A stretch of DNA of 62,787 bases from IMG/VR virus record IMGVR_UViG_3300035672_000002, positions 1-62,787 of that record; one strand, given 5' to 3'. Source of the stretch: a virus (Duplodnaviria > Caudoviricetes). This document shows positions 26,419 through 35,907 of the stretch, in pieces; the first letter of the stretch is position 1, and the number at the start of each line of letters is the position of its first letter. Below the pieces are notes generated by a model. It worked only from the letters and a program-made list of their open reading frames with translations. It ran no database searches and was not told where the DNA came from. A program made the translations under genes and the position numbers.

Positions 26419-28083
26419 TTAATACTTCAAAGGTCTCGGAGCAGTTTTCACGTACGTGATAGCCTGCCGTATATACTTCGCCAGATTCCTCCACTTCTCT
26501 CCCCCTGTCAGTCCGCCGAACGCTGCATCAGTGACAATCGTCTCCCCCCAATCCGTCTCCGACCTCACGTGCCTCCCTACCGTCTGACTAAACTCAGTAG
26601 CGGCGTACACATCCTGGTACGTATGGTCGCTCGCGATCCTCGCCTGCATCACCGCGCTCTCTCTCGACGGATACGGAGTCTTCGCTACGATGATCGTCCT
26701 CACGTCGTCGTCAGGGAAGTCCCACCCTGTACTCACTGACGGCGAAACCAGCACTGCGGGAGGAGACATTCTTCGAAACCTTTCTACGGCATCCTTTGTC
26801 GACTTCGGGTCGTGCATGACGAACGATCCGGCGCGCTTCGAGAGCTGTTGGAGTTCCCGCGCGCGCTTGTAACTCACAGTGGGGATCAGTACCTTGCGAT
26901 CAAGTCGCGCCGCCAGTAAGCTGTCAGTAGCTTCCGCCCACTTCACCTTCGCCTGGTCTGACATCGTGTAATTCATTCGAACGATCGGCCAGACGTAGAT
27001 CGGCCGGCGTCGGATGTCGAACGGACTCGCGTACTCGAAGAAGTCATACGTTCCCTCTTCGATTCCGAGATACCGAAGCGTCGCGGGTACGACAGTAGCG
27101 GACATACCCACGACTACCGGGATGCCGCGGAACAGCAACTTCTCGGCGTACCTGTCAGTCCACACCGGGTCGAACGACAACTTGCTGTCCGAGATTCGTT
27201 CTACGATCCACCGTCCGTACATCTGCCCGAGGTCGGAGAGGTCGCGATCGAGTCCTCGCAGCGTACTCAGCTCGTCGATCAACTCTCTTCGCACGCCTCC
27301 GTCTTCATGAGCGAGTCGCAGTTCTCGTGAGATCCGATCGAGCTTCGACGCCAACGCGACCCGTAGCATTCTTCCCCACTCACGCCACTCTTCTACTGAC
27401 GCCGACGTGGAGATCGGATCGTGCCCTAGAATACGTCTGGTCATCGAGACATCGAGGTCGACGTGCAGAGCCTTCGCGACGTGCGACTCCGCGGCGTGCA
27501 GCTCGTCGAGAATAATGTAGTCGAACTCACCGAGCCCTTCGTCAGCATCCGTCTCGCCACGACGTTGCATCGACTTGCCGGTGGTCAACCAGTAGTCGTA
27601 GTTGGAGATGACGATGTCGGCGGATCGAGCGGCGCGCAGAGCGTCGTACCGGGGACATCCGCCGGACTTGAGACTGCATTGTGCACCAGTGAGACATGGT
27701 CCACGATCGGCCATGGCGGTCACTTTAAACGGACCAGGCTTCCGAAGATACGCATATTCACCGTGCGGACGGAGTGCGGGGCAGACGTAATTAGAAGCTC
27801 CGCGGATATCGGCGACTCCGATGTCCCGTCCGACTTTTACGTAAACGTCTTGGAGAGCTTTAGTAGACGTGAGAATCAGTCCACGTGCCTGTTCGAGTAC
27901 GAGTGTAGTGAGAGCGATGAGAGTCTTGCCGACGCCGGTCGGCGCATTAAGGATACGGAACCGGTGGGATGCATCAGTAGCGTCGAAGATCGCTTCGGTC
28001 TGAGTAGGACGGAAGGAAGGGAAGCGTGCAGCGGGGAAGCCGAGGGCTGAAGGGGGAGGGAGGATGCGACGCCGTGAAGTCAC
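26419..28083 (-). CDS. DinG/Rad3-like SF2 helicase with Fe-S-type Cys cluster
   Basis: FRPTQ Q-motif, APTGVGKT, NYVC...C...C...C, DELH, MSAT, TGWDF, QTVGRHVRSETD. Confidence 0.9.
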   Translation of the reverse strand: MTSRRRILPPPSALGFPAARFPSFRPTQTEAIFDATDASHRFRILNAPTGVGKTLIALTTLVLEQARGLILTSTKALQDVYVKVGRDIGVADIRGASNYVCPALRPHGEYAYLRKPGPFKVTAMADRGPCLTGAQCSLKSGGCPRYDALRAARSADIVISNYDYWLTTGKSMQRRGETDADEGLGEFDYIILDELHAAESHVAKALHVDLDVSMTRRILGHDPISTSASVEEWREWGRMLRVALASKLDRISRELRLAHEDGGVRRELIDELSTLRGLDRDLSDLGQMYGRWIVERISDSKLSFDPVWTDRYAEKLLFRGIPVVVGMSATVVPATLRYLGIEEGTYDFFEYASPFDIRRRPIYVWPIVRMNYTMSDQAKVKWAEATDSLLAARLDRKVLIPTVSYKRARELQQLSKRAGSFVMHDPKSTKDAVERFRRMSPPAVLVSPSVSTGWDFPDDDVRTIIVAKTPYPSRESAVMQARIASDHTYQDVYAATEFSQTVGRHVRSETDWGETIVTDAAFGGLTGGEKWRNLAKYIRQAITYVKTAPRPLKY

Positions 28084-28382
28084 AGAGTATGTATCTCGTA
28101 TCGATCATCGTCCTGACCGCAGATGATGAGCTGGACGTTCTCCGGTTCTTCCCACTTGACGGATCGGAGGTGCACTATCAGGCCGTCGAAGTCGAGATGG
28201 TTGAAAGCAGCAACGAACGTAGGATGCTCCAGATGCTTCGACCCACCCGTCCACTCTTCATCACTATGCCATGTCCACATGAAGCCGGAACGGTCGGTAA
28301 AGAACGTGTTCACCTCTTCGAATCGAGATCGTACATCTTCAATGATCGAGAACGCGAGAATCGTGTTTGTGACGTAGCTCAT
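28080..28382 (-). CDS. Hypothetical protein
   Basis: Overlap-coupled; GGSKHLE...AFNHL...W..PENVQL. Confidence 0.65.
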   Translation of the reverse strand: MSYVTNTILAFSIIEDVRSRFEEVNTFFTDRSGFMWTWHSDEEWTGGSKHLEHPTFVAAFNHLDFDGLIVHLRSVKWEEPENVQLIICGQDDDRYEIHTL

Positions 28383-28723
28383 GGATGCACCCGTACGATT
28401 GAGTATTCTTCGACGAACCGGTCAGCCATCAGTAACGGGAGGTGAAGAGTGCAGTAGACGAATGATTCACCGGTAGGACACAGATCCTGCGTCATCTTCG
28501 TTTTCACGACGGACCACAGATCCCTCACACACTCTTGTTCGGTCCCACGCTGACGGACGTACGAACACCTCTCCCCGGTAGTCTCTACCGTCATCGCGAC
28601 ATCTACTGTCACGAACCTCGGAGTGGATTGCACTGCTCCATAAGCATCAGGCACAGCGCGCTCATTCTCATCCAGCCATCGCGCCAGCGTATCGCTCGCT
28701 GCCGCCGGGAATAGCCCTGTCAT
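28379..28723 (-). CDS. Hypothetical protein
   Basis: GAGGAG RBS; ATGA-coupled. Confidence 0.55.
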   Translation of the reverse strand: MTGLFPAAASDTLARWLDENERAVPDAYGAVQSTPRFVTVDVAMTVETTGERCSYVRQRGTEQECVRDLWSVVKTKMTQDLCPTGESFVYCTLHLPLLMADRFVEEYSIVRVHP

Positions 28724-29439
28724 CGTCCTGCTCCTCGTTTCATCTTCACCGGTTTCCCTTCTCCCTCTACTAACCATCCGTACGCTCTCTGCATATCCTT
28801 CAACAGATCGTCCCTCCACCCCTTCTGCGGGATCTCTTTGATCTCCGCGATCTGTGACGCGATGAACTCCGCAGCCGCAGCCTTCTTCCCGGCTCCGATC
28901 AGCTTGTCCGCCACTTCATGCATCCGTTGCCGCGACTGATCGAAGCGAAGCATCTCCTCGTACTTCAGGCTTGTACGGTTGATGGCCTCCAGTCGTGCGA
29001 TGTAGTTAGGCACCCCACCCACACGTTTTTCGATGTCCTGGCACTTGCGCAGGTAATCGAGGATGGCACACCTCACAATGTCGTGCGGTGTGTCCCACGG
29101 GAAGGTGCCGCGATGGAACATCATCATGATCTCGTTCGCCATCGACGGGTGCATCCGAATCCCCGCGACCTTGACGTCGTTCCCGAGTTCGTCGGAGATA
29201 GCGACGTGGAAGTCGTCAGGGTGTGGATGCAGTATCGAACGGGCGTGAGATTCTAACTCATCGTCGTCGAGGTAACGATCGATGCCGCGACGATCAGATG
29301 GATTCTTCGCACGGGATGGTGGGGGTGAGTGGTGCAGAGCGTCATCTACTGAGATACCGCCACGTTGAGGACGACCGAGCTTCGCAGTCACGCTTCTACT
29401 CCCGTTTCCGTTAGCAGTAGACGGGCAGAACGCCAGCAC
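28720..29439 (-). CDS. Possible ribbon-helix-helix DNA-binding protein
   Basis: GIRMHPSMANEI...FPWDTPHDIVRCAI resembles an RHH fold; start uncertain. Confidence 0.45.
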   Translation of the reverse strand: MLAFCPSTANGNGSRSVTAKLGRPQRGGISVDDALHHSPPPSRAKNPSDRRGIDRYLDDDELESHARSILHPHPDDFHVAISDELGNDVKVAGIRMHPSMANEIMMMFHRGTFPWDTPHDIVRCAILDYLRKCQDIEKRVGGVPNYIARLEAINRTSLKYEEMLRFDQSRQRMHEVADKLIGAGKKAAAAEFIASQIAEIKEIPQKGWRDDLLKDMQRAYGWLVEGEGKPVKMKRGAGR

Positions 29440-29623
29440 CCAGCAGCGGCTTCCTTAGCTTGTCGTAGGCATGCTGACTGCTGCGCTCTCGACGATGCGA
29501 GCCTAGCAAACCGCAGGTACTGTCTGACTCTACCAATCCCGAATTCAATCTCCGCCTCTCTGTTTCTACGTTTACCCGATCTGATCATCATCAGTCGAGT
29601 AGACGGCTTTGAGTTTTGCATAC

Positions 29624-29652
29624 TCGACATTCTATCCCACTCCTTCTACACT
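29624..29652 (+). promoter_or_regulatory. Probable promoter for a leaderless HTH gene
   Basis: TCGACA-17 nt-TACACT, 6 nt before ATG 29659. Confidence 0.5.
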
Positions 29653-29658
29653 CCGCTC

Positions 29659-29988
29659 ATGAAGAAATCAGACCCTAAAACCGAAAGACCTAATAACCTA
29701 AAGACCGATGACTCGAAGTCGTGTACCAGAGACTTATCCTCAGTAGAGCTGCGCGATCTAGCGCTTGCCGCCGACTGCACGGTCTCGTACGTCTCTCGTG
29801 TCTTCAGCCACGATCCGAAGCAGTCTCGCGGGCTTACGCTCGTCCGCGCCCACTTGTTTGCTGACTACCTGGGCGTGACGCTCGACGACCTGTGGAAGAT
29901 TCTTCACGGGTCTGCGTCTACTGACGTGAATGGAAGTAAACGATCCGCGAAGCCGGTAGATAAGACACGAGTGCGGAAGGATCACTGA
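29659..29988 (+). CDS. XRE-family HTH transcriptional regulator
   Basis: LRDLALAADCTVSYVSRVF...LTL..A..FADYLGVTLDDL; the only + strand gene in the minus arm. Confidence 0.8.
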   Translation: MKKSDPKTERPNNLKTDDSKSCTRDLSSVELRDLALAADCTVSYVSRVFSHDPKQSRGLTLVRAHLFADYLGVTLDDLWKILHGSASTDVNGSKRSAKPVDKTRVRKDH

Positions 29989-30128
29989 CGAGCGGACGCC
30001 GGATGGACGGAGAATGTCGATCTGGCAGGCGTGACAGTCGACACGCAGGAGGGACAGGATGTAATGGCCGATGTGAACGAGCACACACGGCAGGATGATG
30101 AAACCTGTGACTGCGTAGACTAGAATCA

Positions 30129-30425
30129 TCATCGGCCCTTCGGGGAATCTTCCACTACGGACCATTGCTCGTTCGGATCGGGCACGTACGTCTCGCTCAT
30201 CGAAACGTGCACTGTCGTCCCATCGAAGAACTGGTGGAAGGTTCGTACGAGGTAACCGCGGTCGATGCGTTGACGTTCTGACAGAAGGGAAGAAACGCAC
30301 CGTCCACTGCCCTTCTTATACTCTTCGACAATCTCCCACACGCTCCCATGAAGCCGCTGAAGTTCCAACCCACTTAACTCTACTGATACGACATCTTCAA
30401 TCTTCCTCGTCGTTGTCCCCACCAC
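30129..30425 (-). CDS. Hypothetical protein
   Basis: AAGGAG RBS before GTG. Confidence 0.55.
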   Translation of the reverse strand: MVGTTTRKIEDVVSVELSGLELQRLHGSVWEIVEEYKKGSGRCVSSLLSERQRIDRGYLVRTFHQFFDGTTVHVSMSETYVPDPNEQWSVVEDSPKGR

Positions 30426-30568
30426 TCTCCTCCTTCTCTTTCCGCTTCTGCTTCTGCTTCTGTCTCTTCCTCGCTTCTGCTACTGACCGTCGCAAGAGGA
30501 AGTCGAGTCCGTCAGTGCACGACGGACCCGACTCGGACTCCGCTTTACCCGTTTCCGGGTTGAGCGAA

Positions 30569-31090
30569 CTAGGCGGTGACTTCATCACTCGATGACTCGG
30601 CTTCAGTAGCAACAGCCGGCGGAACGTCAGTATGCTCAGGCTTCGACTTCGATGCTGCCTTCGACACCTTCGATGTCTTCGGTGTCTTCTCCGTTTTCAC
30701 CTTTGCTACTTTCTTCACGGGCTTCACGGGCTTCACCGGCTTCACAGCTTCCTTCTTCGCCGATTTCGGAGGCGCCCCGATGCGCACACCCAACTTTTCA
30801 GCGACTGCGGCGAGAATCCATGTAGACATCTTCACAGCAGCTTTATCAGCGGCCACGCGGATCTTGTCACGTGTCGCTTCTGGGCCCCAGATGACAATCT
30901 GTTTGAGACCGCGTTTCTGCGCCCATGCCGTCGTCGAATCGACCGTCTTACCGCTCGTATCGGCCTTCTTCTCGGCGACTTTCTTGCTTGACTTCTTCGT
31001 TGCCGGTTTCGACGCCGACTTCGGCTTCGCTTTTACTTTCGTCTTCGCTGCTGTGGGCTTCTTTTTCGTTTTCACGCTCTTATCTTTCAC
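30569..31090 (-). CDS. RHH DNA-binding protein with histone H1-like Lys-rich arms
   Basis: KQIVIWGPEATRDKIRVAADK...MSTWILAAV flanked by K/A/P-rich repeats (KPVKPVKPVKK). Confidence 0.7.
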   Translation of the reverse strand: MKDKSVKTKKKPTAAKTKVKAKPKSASKPATKKSSKKVAEKKADTSGKTVDSTTAWAQKRGLKQIVIWGPEATRDKIRVAADKAAVKMSTWILAAVAEKLGVRIGAPPKSAKKEAVKPVKPVKPVKKVAKVKTEKTPKTSKVSKAASKSKPEHTDVPPAVATEAESSSDEVTA

Positions 31091-31374
31091 TGATCGTTAC
31101 TCCTTGAGTCGAAGACAGTAGCAGAGTCAGTAGTCGGATGCAAGCCCCGTGCAGTAGCCATGACGTAACCAGCGTGTTTCTCGTACATAGCAGCAAGACG
31201 ATCACCGAACGCATACAGGTTTGGGAGCGTCTGTTCCTCGACTAACTCTGACGCAATGAACTCTCCGTCGATATTCGTTTGACAAGCTAGAACGAGAAGA
31301 CGTTCCGCCTCCTCTGCTGTATTAACACTGAACACCGGCAAGAATCCACGAGGGCACTTCGGACCGAAGCGCAC
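31087..31374 (-). CDS. Hypothetical protein
   Basis: LPVFSVNT..EA..L.VLAC. Confidence 0.6.
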   Translation of the reverse strand: MRFGPKCPRGFLPVFSVNTAEEAERLLVLACQTNIDGEFIASELVEEQTLPNLYAFGDRLAAMYEKHAGYVMATARGLHPTTDSATVFDSRSNDQ

Positions 31375-31424
31375 GATGACTGCTCAATAGATTTTGATAG
31401 GTCGTGTGAAATACTCCGACTTCT

Positions 31425-32006
31425 TCATTCCGACGCCCCCCTTTCTTCGATCGCCACTTCATTCTCCAGATAGATCCTCGTCGACTCCAACCGTCCCACC
31501 CCCGCCGCTTCCGCCCTCAGTATAAACCGTCTCACCGCATCCAACTCCTTCACCCTCTCCGCTCCGTACAACGAGTGCGCCCTCTCGCCCCACCGCCACG
31601 CCTCGCGATTGATCTCCCCAAGCGGCATCGAGTCTACTAACTGATTCCCCTCGGGTATCCTCCAGTCCGCCGGCCGTCGTACGAATCCGATCGGTGCGGG
31701 CCTGAATTGCACTGACGGGATGAAATGGGCGTCACATGACACCGGAGCGTGGACAAACTTCCCCGCTTTCGCACGATCGACGTAATCAGGTGGGTAGCGG
31801 TCGTGACTGATCCGACGCGAGCCGGAACAGTCGATGAGGTAGTAGTCGGGCATGATCGACGAGGAGTTATGGTTCGCACACCAAGGGCATGTCCAGTGCA
31901 ACGTGCCGTGGAAGCAGGCGCGGATGTTGTAGCGCTGGACGCGGAGGAAGCCGAGAGACGGTGCGTCGATCTTACCCTTCGTTGATACTGATGCCGACTT
32001 CTTCAC
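31425..32006 (-). CDS. Zinc-ribbon protein
   Basis: CPWC...C...C. Confidence 0.55.
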   Translation of the reverse strand: MKKSASVSTKGKIDAPSLGFLRVQRYNIRACFHGTLHWTCPWCANHNSSSIMPDYYLIDCSGSRRISHDRYPPDYVDRAKAGKFVHAPVSCDAHFIPSVQFRPAPIGFVRRPADWRIPEGNQLVDSMPLGEINREAWRWGERAHSLYGAERVKELDAVRRFILRAEAAGVGRLESTRIYLENEVAIEERGASE

Positions 32007-32393
32007 TCAGAAGCCTCCATTAGATGCCCACTGCGTTTCCGACATCACACGGATATCGAACGGTGCCACAATCATCCTCAACTTACCGGAGATTAGCTGA
32101 TCACGGACCCCCCACGCCCTATGCGGTTCGTGATAACGGCCGGTCTCGCCGTTGTAATCACGTTCGCAACACTCATCGAGGGCAGCACGCACTCGCAACT
32201 TTGCATGCTCCTCGTCACGGGCGAAGACAACCGTATTAATCGGGATGTACGAACTGTTACTGACGCGGACGACGAACGGACGGGCCTCCTGCGGTGAAGG
32301 TGGATCAGGGTTGGCCTCGACGTACGTACTATTGTCGGTCCAGTACGTGAACATGGATGAGTTGAGCTGCCTCTGTTTCGCTGACTTTCTCAT
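32007..32393 (-). CDS. Hypothetical protein
   Basis: GAGGTG RBS. Confidence 0.6.
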   Translation of the reverse strand: MRKSAKQRQLNSSMFTYWTDNSTYVEANPDPPSPQEARPFVVRVSNSSYIPINTVVFARDEEHAKLRVRAALDECCERDYNGETGRYHEPHRAWGVRDQLISGKLRMIVAPFDIRVMSETQWASNGGF

Positions 32394-32671
32394 TCGATCA
32401 CCTCACCTGCTAGTCCGCCTCTCGTCACGTCCCGCAACCAATACGTCCTCACCCTCACACCTTCCTCGACTCGCGGCGCACCCTCACGCAGTCCGAACGT
32501 CACCACCGACTGACGGACCGGTGTGGCCTCACAATGTGGATGGTCGCAGCATCGTGTCGCAGCCGGGTCGTAGTCGTCGTGCTCTACGATCGCCTGTCCG
32601 TACTTGTTGCGCCCGACGATACGTCCTGTACGTTCATGGAGTCGTGCCATCGTCAGGTCCTCTTCGACCAC
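32390..32671 (-). CDS. Hypothetical protein
   Basis: Coupled ORF. Confidence 0.5.
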   Translation of the reverse strand: MVEEDLTMARLHERTGRIVGRNKYGQAIVEHDDYDPAATRCCDHPHCEATPVRQSVVTFGLREGAPRVEEGVRVRTYWLRDVTRGGLAGEVIE

Positions 32672-32880
32672 AGAGTGACCACAAATTCGTTCTCACCTCT
32701 GCCGTGTGTAACTGCGATCTTGTCCAAATATCCATTACGTCGCTTACCGCCAATGATGCGCAGTTCGTTACCGTCCATGATCAGATCGAATGATGCTAGC
32801 CAGTTGTTTGGGACAACCGAATCCGGGTTAAAATCGCCATCCAACGTTTCCATCTTCGCTTTCTTCTCACGCTTCGCCAT
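32653..32880 (-). CDS. Hypothetical protein
   Basis: AAGGAGG RBS. Confidence 0.55.
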   Translation of the reverse strand: MAKREKKAKMETLDGDFNPDSVVPNNWLASFDLIMDGNELRIIGGKRRNGYLDKIAVTHGRGENEFVVTLWSKRT

Positions 32881-33397
32881 CTTCCCCTCCTTCGTCCTCT
32901 TTCAACACCGCGTATCCATGCTCCACGATCTCCCGTAACTTCCGTCCCACCACGCTCCCCGCCTTCATCTCATTCTCCAATTGCTCTACCCTTCCGATGA
33001 TCCCCCGCACTCCGGCGCGTAACCACATCACACTCGGATGCGATCTACCCTGCATTCTATCATACAACTCTACTAATGCGCGCACATCTTCTCGATGCAA
33101 CCTTACTTCCTCACGGTCCTCAGCGAACGCCCTTCGCAACCTATTCTCCAACGCTGCACGTACACCGGCCGGCCGTCCACCCCGCAGCTTCCTCCGGTGG
33201 AACTCTTGGGGAGCTGCGAGGTACGGGAGGGGCGGAAGCTTCCGATGGCCACGCCGCGCTCGCGTCTCCGCGATCGTCGGTCCCCTCTCCAACCATTCGT
33301 ACGGCTTCACGCCCGTTCCACGTCCGCCGAAGTCCTCAGACTTCACACGTCGCTTCGTCTTCGCACGTCCCGGTTTCCGATCGATCTTCAGAGCCAT
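32867..33397 (-). CDS. Basic hypothetical protein
   Basis: GGAGGT RBS. Confidence 0.6.
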   Translation of the reverse strand: MALKIDRKPGRAKTKRRVKSEDFGGRGTGVKPYEWLERGPTIAETRARRGHRKLPPLPYLAAPQEFHRRKLRGGRPAGVRAALENRLRRAFAEDREEVRLHREDVRALVELYDRMQGRSHPSVMWLRAGVRGIIGRVEQLENEMKAGSVVGRKLREIVEHGYAVLKEDEGGEDGEA

Positions 33398-33616
33398 TCT
33401 TCAACCTCCGTAGAACCCTCACTACTAGTACTAGTATTAGACTCTATACTGCATTATGTTCCTCGCCGGGCGCGTGGGGGCCTAAGTCGTAACTATATCC
33501 CCAACTCGTAACTGTCTCATTTCGTTCAACTTTAAGTCAAAAGATGACTACGTAGATTTTCGTATTGGGTGCGGAAGAATGAGGTGTACGATGCCGTACG
33601 TTTTGCTTCGTAGACG

Positions 33617-33799
33617 TTATGTTAAATTGCAGGTTCTACCGCCTTTTTTAGGCCTCTTTAGGCCTCTTTCGGCCTCCGATCGCGTGAAAACTTCGTGCGC
33701 CGGGTGCAGGTCGATAGGAACCGTCATCTCGCGAACGATCTCAGCGACGACGGATTCCATGCTCGGGTACGGGACGCCTTTGTACGTGTACGCGCTCAT
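33617..33799 (-). CDS. Hypothetical protein
   Basis: ATGA-coupled. Confidence 0.5.
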   Translation of the reverse strand: MSAYTYKGVPYPSMESVVAEIVREMTVPIDLHPAHEVFTRSEAERGLKRPKKGGRTCNLT

Positions 33800-34206
33800 G
33801 AGTTCACCTGCCGCAATCGCGCCTCTCGTTCGACATCCCGCCGGAGCAGTTGATCACCATAACGCTCTACCCATGCCTTAATAGCAGGTATTCTCCATCC
33901 TACGGCATCGAGACCGAGACTCAGTTTGACGTTTGTGAGCGTGCGGCTCGCGGATTCAAGTTGTTCGAAGGTCTCCGGCCAGTTTACGCACCAGCTGCAA
34001 ACATAACAGCCTCCGCAGCCGCTCTGATCCTCGTATAACTCCTTAACGCGGCAGTCATATGCTTCCTGCGCCTCTTTCAGCTTCAGTGTTTGTTGTTCGA
34101 TCGTCACACCGACCGGCGTAAGGCAGTTGTCAACATCGACAAAAAGGTCAAGGCCGATGCGCTTCCGTGCTGCTTCCTCGATGGTGATCATAAGTTGGCT
34201 CTCCAT
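33796..34206 (-). CDS. Hypothetical Cys-rich protein
   Basis: AAAGGA RBS; CGGCYVCSWC. Confidence 0.6.
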   Translation of the reverse strand: MESQLMITIEEAARKRIGLDLFVDVDNCLTPVGVTIEQQTLKLKEAQEAYDCRVKELYEDQSGCGGCYVCSWCVNWPETFEQLESASRTLTNVKLSLGLDAVGWRIPAIKAWVERYGDQLLRRDVEREARLRQVNS

Positions 34207-34251
34207 TCTGATTTATCCTTTCAGTACTGACGCGGCCGTTTCGGCACGTCC

Positions 34252-34665
34252 TCACGACTCGCGCGATTCAGCCTCTTCTCCATCAGGCTCCCGCCACGCA
34301 TGATCTGCTCCATCGACGGCATACTCACACTCCGTCCGCGCATCTCCGTACTCGTCCGGAAATGCCGCTTCATAGTCCGGATGCAGCCGGTAATGATCGT
34401 AGATAGAACAGAATGCGCTGTCCCCAGCGGCCAGTTCGATCGCGTCATCCAACGCACCGCTCAGACTCTTCATGAGAACGATGACCTGCCGCATACGTTC
34501 CGGGCTCATTCGATCCAACGCCTTCGACGCTTCTGCGATCAGTCCGTTGTTATACGCCTCGATAGTGAGATCAGCTTCCTCAGCCTCTTTAACGTGTAGC
34601 ATTTTGGTTCTCCTGTTTTTGTTGACACTGATGCGTCCACGTCGGCGCGTCTTCACGACTGACAC
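34252..34665 (-). CDS. Hypothetical protein
   Basis: AGGAG RBS before MLHVKE. Confidence 0.55.
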   Translation of the reverse strand: MSVVKTRRRGRISVNKNRRTKMLHVKEAEEADLTIEAYNNGLIAEASKALDRMSPERMRQVIVLMKSLSGALDDAIELAAGDSAFCSIYDHYRLHPDYEAAFPDEYGDARTECEYAVDGADHAWREPDGEEAESRES

Positions 34666-34735
34666 GTACGCGTTCTACCAGTAGTAACTTCGAACTCCCA
34701 TGCCATCGAACGTGCATGTACGTAGGGCGTACGTC

Positions 34736-35041
34736 TCACGACATCACCTCGCGGATGACAGCTTCGACTTCAGCGGCCAGCTGGACAGCGAGTACCGTCG
34801 GGTCGCCTTTGCGCGCGACGTCCGCGTGCCAGAAAGTACTACTGCGCAACTCAGGGTTACTCACCAGGTAGAGCATCACCTCTTGCCGAACGTACGGCAC
34901 GCTGCCCGGCATCGATACTGTGACGACGACGTTGCGGTACGGCTCGATGCCACTGAGCTTCGCGGTCACGGGTCCGTGAGGCGACGGGGCGGTTGCAAAC
35001 TTACCGGTTTCTGTGATGAGTTGCAGTTCGCGAATGGTCAT
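34736..35041 (-). CDS. Hypothetical protein
   Basis: ATGA-coupled start MTIREL. Confidence 0.55.
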   Translation of the reverse strand: MTIRELQLITETGKFATAPSPHGPVTAKLSGIEPYRNVVVTVSMPGSVPYVRQEVMLYLVSNPELRSSTFWHADVARKGDPTVLAVQLAAEVEAVIREVMS

Positions 35042-35502
35042 GACTGACCACCTTCTTCCACAAGTTGCGCTGCGTACTCTTCCCGCTCCTCGTCCCACGT
35101 CCAGACGTACTCTGCGGCAAGAGCGCCGTTGAACACATCCGTGAGGTAGTCTTTGACGTTGTTCTGGTTGCGCCCTTTTACATCCACCGTAAACCCGTGA
35201 ACGAGTGACGCCTTGATGATGACGGGATGATGTGTCCAACCGTCGTACACTCCGCTTTCGTGCATGTGATGGAATGACGTGTCGATGACGACGCGTTCCG
35301 GCGTTGCCGACTCCGCGATGTGGCTCCCCGAGTCGATTCCGTTCCCTGATGGTAGAAGTGAGTTGATGACGTCCAATCGCTGTTCGTACCTTTCAATCCA
35401 CTCAATCCACGTGGCAGCGTTGATGCCATCGTGCCTCCGGCAGTTCGCCAATGCTGCCAGTGTCTCGGAGATAGTGGTGATAAGGCGCTGACGATATTCC
35501 AT
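35038..35502 (-). CDS. Early hypothetical phage protein
   Basis: LPSGNGIDSG...FHHM.E.G.YDGWT motif; AAAGGA RBS; first gene of the minus arm. Confidence 0.75.
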   Translation of the reverse strand: MEYRQRLITTISETLAALANCRRHDGINAATWIEWIERYEQRLDVINSLLPSGNGIDSGSHIAESATPERVVIDTSFHHMHESGVYDGWTHHPVIIKASLVHGFTVDVKGRNQNNVKDYLTDVFNGALAAEYVWTWDEEREEYAAQLVEEGGQS

Positions 35503-35509
35503 AAAACGA

Positions 35510-35872
35510 ATCCTTTCACTGCGCTGAGCACTCCATCAACACATGCAATCTGTGGAGTGCTCAACTCAGCGCAGCATCGCGCGTGCTTTCACACGTCTAC
35601 CTTGGCGATGCTGATACTGAATCGGTCGTATGGCTCGCATCCCGTGCTCCGTGACCGCGTACGTTCGACAACCTAGTAGGCTCCCGCCGCCCACGCTATC
35701 AAGTCACTCGCGGGGGAGTATCGTCGTCGTTCACGCCGTCATCCTAGCTACTCGAATGCCGTCCTGACCGCAGATTGTCAAACGAACCTACCGGTTTGCG
35801 CTATCGTCAGGGTCGCGTCGTCCCGACGTTGACCCCACCGTTCCCGACCGCGCTCCGTACTGCACCTCTACT
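35510..35872 (-). ncRNA. Candidate ~360-nt structured leader/ncRNA
   Basis: Between a consensus promoter and the first gene; stems include UGAGCACUCCA/UGGAGUGCUCA, GCAUCGC/GCGAUGC, CCUGAC/GUCAGG, CAAAC/GUUUG. Confidence 0.45.
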
Positions 35873-35878
35873 GAAGAC

Positions 35879-35907
35879 AGTATATGTCTGACCTCTACTG
35901 ATGTCAA
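35879..35907 (-). promoter_or_regulatory. Near-consensus sigma70 early promoter
   Basis: TTGACA-17 nt-TATACT; TCAGTAGAGGT in the spacer and again near +1. Confidence 0.85.

Noticed and set aside
29659-29988. Lysogeny module
   Set aside because: An HTH regulator is present, but I found no integrase, att site or partition genes
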